DNA of 60,000 nt from Laetmonice hystrix (Eukaryota). Location of the stretch: assembly GCA_965235115.1 (NCBI GenBank), contig OZ249436.1:13580001-13640000 (forward strand). The letters are read 5' to 3'. The notes beneath the pieces were generated by a model. The model did no database searches and had not been told where the DNA came from. It saw nothing but the letters and a program-made list of their open reading frames with translations. The translations under genes were made by a program, and so were the position numbers. Below are positions 51,136-60,000 of the stretch, piece after piece (the stretch's first letter is position 1; each line of letters begins with the position of its first letter).

Positions 51136-51937
51136 CCCTCCCGACATCTCCTGACAGACAGCTAACGTAATGACGTGATAACGGATTGCTACAGTATAAT
51201 TTGTTTTAGATCAAAGTATAGTTATTGCTAATACTTTAAAGGCATTATCTTACTCAATAAAATGTTTATATTCCTATATATAGGAGGGCCAAATCCCCGG
51301 TTTACGATTGAGTGGCATCTTTGCGTAGAAAAACGATTCTAGTTTCATTACAACTAATATGTCTAATAAGAATGGGATGCCCCTGTATTACCTCAGGAAG
51401 AGACTTTAGTTTTTGTTTATATTGTAGATGAATAAATCAATGTATATCACCCCCCCCCCCTCCGTCACATCGCGGGATAACGATAACCTTCAAACAACCT
51501 GTAAAAACGAGGTTTTCTCAAATTTTATAAGTTACATTTTGTTCTGAATGACGAAATGAGAACTTTTGAATGTGAACATCTTTATTATACGCTCAGATCA
51601 ATACAAATAATAGATTTCATTTGCATTTGTTTAGCATTGTTTGAAATGGAAAGGAACTTATAAAGAATATCACACCTTATCGTTAACTAAGCTAAAGATA
51701 AAACTATATGCGGACATTTTGTAGGTCTATTCCCCGTATTATATGGGACATCCGTTCCATACACCCATAAAATGCTCAACCTGCTAAAATTGAACTCAAG
51801 TACCTTTATCGTGGGCGACTCCTGATCATAAAGGACATTATCAGTCATGCAAACCAATAGATCTCCAAGTTATTAAGACAAAACACATCCCACCCCCGTC
51901 CTACTGTTTACACAGACCGACTGCACCGACTGCATGC

Positions 51938-51951
51938 ACGCCCTCTAGTGG
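51938..51951 (-). promoter_or_regulatory. CTCF-like motif
   Basis: Minus strand reads CCACTAGAGGGCGT (13/14 to the core). Confidence 0.35.
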
Positions 51952-54163
51952 CAGACTTATATACTTCCAGGCATGTTACGGGGATGTGCATGTGTATCAT
52001 CATGCAACATGGTCTGTGGCACACAACGTACATAGGCAGCCAGAGTACACATCAAAGTCCAGATCGTCTTTAGTTTATACTGTCAGGCAGGGTGATCTCA
52101 TCAGTGGCTGTCTACTCTCTCACATCTTTGAATTTAGTCGAAATTACATCAATTTTTATACATTCCGTGGTATCAGATTGCAACTAGTTGTTAGCCGATA
52201 AACGCATGATGTGGGGAAACGACGTGGGTGCAGTCTTTCCACTCCTCTTCAATTGGAAGTTAATGGTGTGTAAAGATCTAAAGTCGGTGTTCCCCAGTAT
52301 AAAATGTTGATAAGGAAGTCTAAGTTCCCGATTAAACGGCTTCAAACGTGTCGAATTTCAATCTGAAAGGGAAAAATCTTCGCAAACAACTTTTAATGTT
52401 TCTGTTCGGCGAAGTCTTGTTGGATAATTCTATTCAGACTTGGGGAAACAAAATAATCAATAGATAAATCTTTGCGACATTTGAAAAGGATTTCAGAAGC
52501 TTTTGTAGGGTGTGCTCATCGATTCAGGTTGCTACACATACTACTGAGGTCTACACGAGTGATAGAACCATTATGATTATTAGTCGACCAAAGAGTTTCT
52601 ATACGCGGGAAATTATTCATTTATAGTCAGCACTTTATTTTTGTTTCCGTAGAATCTTTGATGTAGCACATTGCTGAAATAGTCTGGTAGTCATAAAATT
52701 TAATGTGTGTTCTGATTACAACGTTTTAATGTAATGATTACACCATGAAAGCCGCCCGTGAATATTCTGTTAACGGGGAGAGCCAGAAAGACATCCTCAA
52801 GTTTCAAGTCAAAGAGTTGAGAAATATTCAACTGGATTAGTATTAATTTCTTTCTCTAATTAAAATTTACACCCATCCAAGACACCGTAGAGGTGGCGGC
52901 GGCCGAGCTGGCATTGACGGTGATATACCTTATGCTATGCGAGGGGGTGCAGTAATCCTGGGGTTGGGATTCGATTCTATTATGGTCAATTACAATTTTC
53001 TCTTTCCGGACATTTTGAGAGTGAACTGGTGCTGGTCCACAGTCGCGATAGGGTCCTTCTGGCTACTCTTAAACAAATTCATTACAATATTTTATTTTTA
53101 TAAATAATGTAAATTTACAATTCTCTTTACGTTCCGTCAACAGGCATGATGTAAATATTCGCCCATGGGAATTGCTATATGATTTAGAGATAACACTATC
53201 CCTGACGGGTCGTCTTCTTGACGTACAATTTCAACCTTTTCGGGAAGGCTAACGAAATAGGGGTACGGACACTCAGGGCAGAGTCGGATTCAGGGGGCAC
53301 AGGGGGTACGTTCCCCCTTCCGTTGGCGGAACATTTTTCTTCATTCAGAAACGGCGGCATTATAATGTGAGCGTGTTACATTATTGGCTGCTTGTATATA
53401 AATGATATTCCTTTGGTTCAAATAATTGTAGTTACTTCAGGTAAGAAGGTCGAGATTAGTTTTAATAGTTTTAAAAATTCCTATTCTTAAAAGGTCTACC
53501 CACCCCCTTTAAATATTATGGTGAGGTTATCGCAACCCCATTGGTGGTGGTGGTGGTGGTGGGGGGGGGGGGGGTGTCACGGTGGGGGTTGTTGTGATCT
53601 TGTCACCCGGCTAGAGTTTAGAACCGACGTTATGGCCGCCGACCGCGTGCGTGGAGAAGGTGCACGAGTGAATTCCGACGACCTCATTAAATACGCAGTA
53701 AAGACGTGAACAGTGTCGGCCGCTGACGTTCTTTTAATTTCCGGCATGAGGAGCCGACCTGCCAGTCACTCTCTCCAATGGCGTCACGAGAGTGTTGTTT
53801 GGTATCCGACAGGCTCGCCTTACTCCATACTTCATTTATCTAGGTCCCAGCGCCGGTCACCAGTTACCTGACCTCTTGGCCACGTCCAGGTGTGATCGGA
53901 TGTTATCATACAATAAATCGCATATTTACAACTCTCTGAGTCGTGCACTTCTAGGACCTTTCCTTGAATGCTGCTGCTCGCCTCATGCTCATGTTTTGCT
54001 ACCTCCACATACTAAACGAGAAGATAATTATCGACCATGCTTTTGGAATTCATGCCGTGGGAGAATATGGTGATTTATGTATCGACATGCATGGGTGTGA
54101 GGACCTATAATCTATGAGGTGAGACTCTTTGGTAGTGGTCAGTAAACCATGGACTTGTTGCTG

Positions 54164-54417
54164 CAGGGCTGGACCGGGCAGTGGGGTTGCAACCCCCCTA
54201 GAACCCCACCCCCCACCCAAAAAAAGGAAAGAAAAAAGAAAACAAAGAAAAGAAAACAAAGTTGTCAAAATTAATGTCCGTCGTCAAAGGACCACAGTGT
54301 GAATCTGGAATCTAAAACGGTAAGTAGCCTATAGGCCCATAAAATAATAATAATTTCGGACTTGACGACTGCACCCCCCCCCCCCCCACACAAAAAAGAA
54401 TCCTGGATCCGACCCTG
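54164..54417. mobile_element. Short CAGG-terminated non-autonomous element (hAT-like)
   Basis: Imperfect TIR cagggctggaccggg / cctggatccgaccctg; flanks ttgctg / ctgctg could be a decayed TSD. Confidence 0.45.
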
Positions 54418-56462
54418 CTGCTGGTCCCATATGTCTTTAGATTTGATCAGCAGTTGTTCCTGTTTCTCTGGGTCATGAATCTGTTCAACTCTTGATCCTC
54501 ACCGGTGAAATTCAAGCCTACGTTCGTTCATGCCTCATTTTGTGTGCGGCATAACGTCGACCACCTCGTGCAGCGACCGAGCAGTTGCGGCGGGCACTGC
54601 CTCGAGCACAGCCGAGTAAAGAAGAAAACCTTGCTTGTTAAAGCGTGCCAATAATCATGCGTGACAAGAAATGTAAATGAACATTTTGTGACGAAAATTC
54701 CATGAAAGATGTAAATTATGTGCCAACAGCCATTTCTGCTCAGACTACCGTTTCCCGAATGCCAACACTAAGAAATTATAGGCTATGTCCTACGAGGACA
54801 AGCAGAAAATAAAGTTTATGCACGACAACCTACAAGATAGATTATACACTTCTAGAACCGATATTCACAAATTGATATACATTAAATCTAACATTACAAC
54901 TAAAAAAAGCTAAACTGCCATTGTGTTCTTTTTAGCCATGCAGGCCTGGACCTTAGCGGCATGTCTCCGTTAAAAACGGCGAACGACATAGCGAACATGA
55001 TGTGACGCTATCCTTGTACCAGGCGTCATGGCGTGGCGTGATACTCATGGCATGACGTCATGGCATGACGTGACGTTATTCTTGCCCTTGGCGTCCTGAC
55101 ATGACGTCATACGACCCTTTCTCCCGGCGGCCTGACGTCCCGAACACACGCCGCCTCCTAGATTCTCCCTTCTCGGTCTCCTCGTCGTCCTCGTCGTCGT
55201 CGTCCTGTGTCAGCCATCGATATCCCGGCCACCCTGACGACAAGACTTCCGTCCTACCCCTGAGCAATTCTTTCTCATGCAGCGGATTGCCGAACTCTTT
55301 ACCGTATTGTATGAATCACCCCAAGGTATATGTTAATTAATATAACGTAATTATGTCGGCTTCTACATAGGAAACATTTCGCTTGAATGGCCACAACAAC
55401 TTCCGATCGAGCGCATTAAATGGTGCGCCATTGTTTTGCCAACACCTCAAACCCGATAAAACCGCCACATTGAAACATTTGAAATGACCGAGGGAGGATA
55501 CCCGAAGGGCGCACTTTGGGGACGAGTTTATAACGTTCAGCCACTCGTAATTCAACGTGAGCTGACAGGAATCGTGTGGTCTCTGGGCTATCGTATCTAT
55601 CCTGGCGGGTGTTAAGCGCGTGGGACCGTCCGACCAGCGACGGACCAAAAATTGCAAACCCTACAACCAAGCGACAGACTGTCCGTCGCCGGTCGAATGG
55701 TCCGCCACGCTTATTGAAACATCCTCCCGAAACTCCCAGCCTGGGGTGCGTTTCACTAACGAAAGAAAAATCTCCTATTCTTTAACATTGGCCCCGCAAA
55801 GACGTCTTTCCAAAGACGTCTTTGCTAAAGAAAAACAAAATAACACCCATTTCGAGTAACTCACAACTAAACTGGTTTAACGAGAACGTACTATTAAAGT
55901 GACACCTGAGTGACATATGGCGTAACACTCTAATTAACAGGAAGTCATGTGCCGAGAGTAGGCGTAACGGCATTTTTTGTTTTTTTCAGGAGGTGCCATT
56001 AAAGGAGGGAGGGGGGGGGGGTAAAATTTTTCAAGATGGAGGAGGGCAATTCGGTTCATCGTCCTTCATTATTCGGGGGGGGGGGGCGGGCGGGCTACAT
56101 TAGGCATTCTAATGTAGGCTCCCTATTTTTAAACCTACAAAAATACGGAATCTTTAACTTCCGATTAGGGGCCACTTTTCTTACCCCTCCACGAATTGTA
56201 TATACGAATAATAGAGTCATGAATTCGACGAGTTGCTATAGAAAAAAGTAAAACGACTATACTTTTGTTGACGATGGTAGAACAGCCAGGAAGCAAGGAT
56301 GGGTTGTCAACAGCCTTGATAATACTCCTGTGAACATGCACGCATGTCGCTGAATGAGGAATTGCTTCTAAAAAATTATCTGTAGAGCTGACACATGACA
56401 AATGAAAGAAAACTAAAAGCCTCAGCAGATTCTTTTTTTTAGCCACTTGGTCCTGTCTGTGC

Positions 56463-56960
56463 GTATGTACGTCCCGGGAGGACAGCGTTGGATTTACTCA
56501 CTGTCGATCTGTCGTCCATGCATGTAGTCACACAGCACAGCTACAGTATGTACGTTCCGGGAGGACAGCGTTGGATTCACTCGCTGTCGATCTGTCGTCC
56601 ATGCATGTAGTCACACAGCACAGCTACAGTATGTACGTCCCGGGAGGACAGCGTTGGATTTACTCGCTGTCGATCTGTCGTCCATGCATGTAGTCACAGA
56701 GCATAGCTACAGTATGTACGTCCCGGGAGGACAGCGTTGGATTTACTCGCTGTCGATCTGTCGTCCATGCATGTAGTCACAGAGCACAGCTACAGTATGT
56801 ACGTCCCGGGAGGACAGCGTTGGATTTACTCGCTGTCGATCTGTCGTCCATGCATGTAGTCACAGAGCACAGCTACAGTATGTACGTCCCGGGAGGACAG
56901 CGTTGGATTTACTCGCTGTCGATCTGTCGTCCATGCCTGTAGTCACAGAGCACAGCTACA
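56463..56960. repeat. 83-bp tandem repeat x6
   Basis: Unit gtatgtacgtcccgggaggacagcgttggatttactcgctgtcgatctgtcgtccatgcatgtagtcacagagcacagctaca. Confidence 0.96.
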
Positions 56961-58002
56961 GGACGTCGGTCACCCTAACCCTATCGTCCCAGAGTGACGC
57001 GCCCCAAGCAGACTTAATTTATGTTCTTGTATCTATTTCGTCAATGTGATATCATATTAACGTACATGGTCGAGAGATATCCTTGTCACAATTTTTGCCG
57101 TGCCATTTGTAATGTAAGACCGTCTGGATTGTGCCCCAGTCAGGAGCTGGCGTCCAAGGCGGGCTATACATACGAAGATTAACGATCAGATATTTCCTTA
57201 CATTAACAGAATAATGGCGTTTCAAGATTGCCGGAGCCCTTTTCCTGATTATGCAGAAACGAAATACTAAATACATGTTGAGGTTTGATCATATATTACT
57301 GTTAAATCCTCCTTGGTTTTCACCTTCGTCACTTTGTAAATGATGGAGTCGCCTTTCGTGTAACGTAACAAGGACTACTTTTTGTTGGTCAAATCTGAGT
57401 GCATTCTTTTCTGATAGATTGTTCTCTCTCGCCATACAATGACCAGCTGCACTGTGTCTGTGTGGTTGTTCTAGGCACCAGACACTTGTCAAACAGGATA
57501 TTAGCACATGAAGCGGGGCATGCATTATGTCATACGATATAATTATCGCAAGCATCTATCTTCTGGATCACACTTTAGGTAGAGTTGCTTCCAATTTTAA
57601 GGACATCAGTTCTGAATAATGTAGTCCTGTTCTCCTTGTCTTCTCTCGCTAACAAAGGGTACAAAATACACTTATTTTTCTGATAGAAACCATACCAAAT
57701 CATAAGAGAATTTAAATTAGCGTTTTATATTTTAGTATGATACGGGCCTAATATTGTCAAGCTCAATCTCGACCTCAAGGAAAAGACTGTAGCAATAACT
57801 ATGCGTTAACCTCCTGATGGATTGAGACTTTCCGTCTCAATGTTGACAGGTTTCTTTGATGACTTTCATGAAGTGGTTGGGACGAATCATGTTTGTCGTA
57901 TAACTTTCATTACCAGACCTTTTGAAATCACCCTGGGGCTCTCAAGGCTTCCACAGGAGCCAGTAAAGGTGATGTACATCAAGATCAACCGTCCACATGA
58001 CG

Positions 58003-58016
58003 ACACTAGAGGGCAG
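58003..58016 (+). promoter_or_regulatory. CTCF-like motif
   Basis: ACACTAGAGGGCAG (13/14 to the core). Confidence 0.35.
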
Positions 58017-58256
58017 TAGCTTATATACAGTGTTTGGGTGGCTTGCTAATAAACGGTCAGTGAGCAAAGTACGAAACAATGCGCTGTGACAAAAGTCTGG
58101 TCGTAATGTGAGGCAGTGTTCTCCCTCGTGGCACCTCAACGCTCGCCTTCTCTAATAAAAAATTAAGAATTTACCTCCAGTGACAGCATTATTGGATTGG
58201 GGGCGGGGGGGGGGGGGGGGGATAACAGGCCGCCCAGCCTTAAACAGATCTAACCC

Positions 58257-58427
58257 CAGGTCCGTAATTTCCATAAAATTATTGAGGGGCTATTGAATTA
58301 TTGAGGGGGCTCGACGAACCGATCCAAGGTTTTCCCTGGTAAAGTAGGATAATTATTAGGCAACAATGAAAATATTAGGGGGGGCGCTTAAGGCCCCTAG
58401 CCCCCCCCCCCCCAAATTACGGCCCTG
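58257..58427. mobile_element. 171-bp CAGG-terminated MITE with a 5-bp TSD
   Basis: TIR caggtccgtaattt / aaattacggccctg (13/14); AACCC directly flanks both ends (58252-58256 and 58428-58432). Confidence 0.7.
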
Positions 58428-60000
58428 AACCCATAGTCAGTTCTCCGCTTCGCTCCTGACTAGGGTTAGACTTCATTATCCTACACTACCATGGCCGACT
58501 TGTAGTGGCAAGTGGACACGACTCCTTCTGGTTAGTTTAACCATAACCGTTTGTTCTAAATCACGTGTCTGAGGGGCTTGCCTTCACTAGAACCTACTCT
58601 GTACCGTGGGTTTACAGCAACGGTCTACTTGGAATCGACGTCTGCCATGGCGCCATCTTGGTTACCTTAGAACTCCTTAGTCACGAGATCTCACACTTCT
58701 TCCGGTGGCGAAAGTTGCGAATATCGCCAAGTTCTGAGATTCAACAGCGTGTAGATCTTATAATATTTGAAGAACAAACGAAATCATCGTGTGGTCTTGT
58801 GAGTAAGTATGTTAGCTTGATGAAAATATAAGGATAAGTTGGCCCCCCAGTGTCATCCTGCCACTACTCCACTATACTCATATCATGGTAGATCTCATGT
58901 ATAGATGCTGATGACGTACCACGTCTACCCCAAGTAAGCGAAGGCGAGAACTGACTAGGCAGGCCCGTACCGGGGGGGGGGGATGACGGTTCCGGACCCC
59001 CCCCCCTCCTTTTCCCATGCTGTGAACCCACTTCGTCAGGATTCTGATTGCCGGGAATTTGCGATTTTGGCCTTCCAAAATGAAAAATGCTATGGGTTAT
59101 TCTATCTAAATACTCAGACTCTGATATTCTTAGGGGTGACGCCGACACCATGTCTATTCTATGCTTGACGGCGGACCTCTCACCTTTATCAACTTTTATG
59201 TGATTGCCCAAGAATTGTATTGGTCGGTCGAGTTTTTAAAGATTTGTTTGAATAAAGTAACATCTGATATGAAATCACAGTAAGTACGCAGAGTTTTGCT
59301 CGACTCCAGATACTAGGTTGATTTCATGCCTGGTTACTTCGCGAATACGATGACAGGTGATATCTACCAGACATTGTTATCTGTTGCGGAATGTGTTCAT
59401 AAAAAATGAAGTGATTCACATACGTGTCTGCTTGCCCGGCACACCATGCCATCCAAGTAATTGCGCCGTAATTCTGGTAGATAGACCTTTGAATCCGCCA
59501 CCGGCACTCTGTATCGTAGACCCTCAGCACCGTATACATTGCACTGGTTGCTTGCAGAGTCTTATTCGGTTGGAGTATCTGTTACATCTTCCTTTTATAG
59601 CCGCTGACATCTGACCATTCTGGCGAAAATACTTCAAATCGATTTTAATATTAAGCCCTATGTCGGCCTATGTGAATCATACTCAGGTTATTCGTAAATC
59701 AGTAGCACGTCAGTGGTAACCAGACAGAATCAGAACGCGTTTATTTAGAACAATCTGAGATATTACTATTACCTAATAATATTATGTTAATTGGTTATCA
59801 AATATGTAGTGTAGAAGAATGTGCAGTGACGTTTTTCGTTTTCAGTGTGACAAATTCTAAGAAAGGCAGTAGGTGGACAATGAGAGCGCTATCCTAATTG
59901 CCTTTTCAAAAGCTTGATAACCCAGAATAGGATTGATTGAACGACGCTATTGATTTAGCATGAACAGGACTTAGCGTTGCTTCACGTTTCTGTCTTGTAA

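Noticed and set aside
56972..56983. Telomere-like ccctaaccct
   Set aside because: Fewer than two units; too short to be an interstitial telomeric array.

Overview
Eukaryotic (bilaterian invertebrate-like) genomic DNA. The only well-supported protein-coding gene is the 3' part of an adenosine deaminase-like gene (ADAL/MAPDA family) on the + strand. It has five GT-AG exons (1994-2287, 2510-2590, 3264-3402, 5873-5973, 13971-14165) that splice in frame and keep the HLAE, RVGHG and TDD amidohydrolase motifs; its 5' exons were not found and probably lie upstream of the window. The ~8 kb last intron opens with a 47/48-bp minisatellite that multiplies the exon end and its GTAAGT donor 12 times. The same intron holds a heavily decayed ankyrin-repeat coding relic. 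The remaining ~46 kb has no recognisable intact gene but contains several unrelated minisatellites, one of which forms a stop-free 614-codon Ser/Thr/Pro-rich ORF. It also contains microsatellites, non-autonomous DNA transposons (Harbinger-, Kolobok-, Academ-, hAT- and P-like termini, including a nested insertion whose empty site is in the same window), a SINE core, integrase relics and CTCF-like motifs. There is no CRISPR array, rRNA or canonical tRNA. I found no convincing novel multi-gene system; the best leads are the splice-donor array, the ankyrin relic, the nested element and the repeat ORF.
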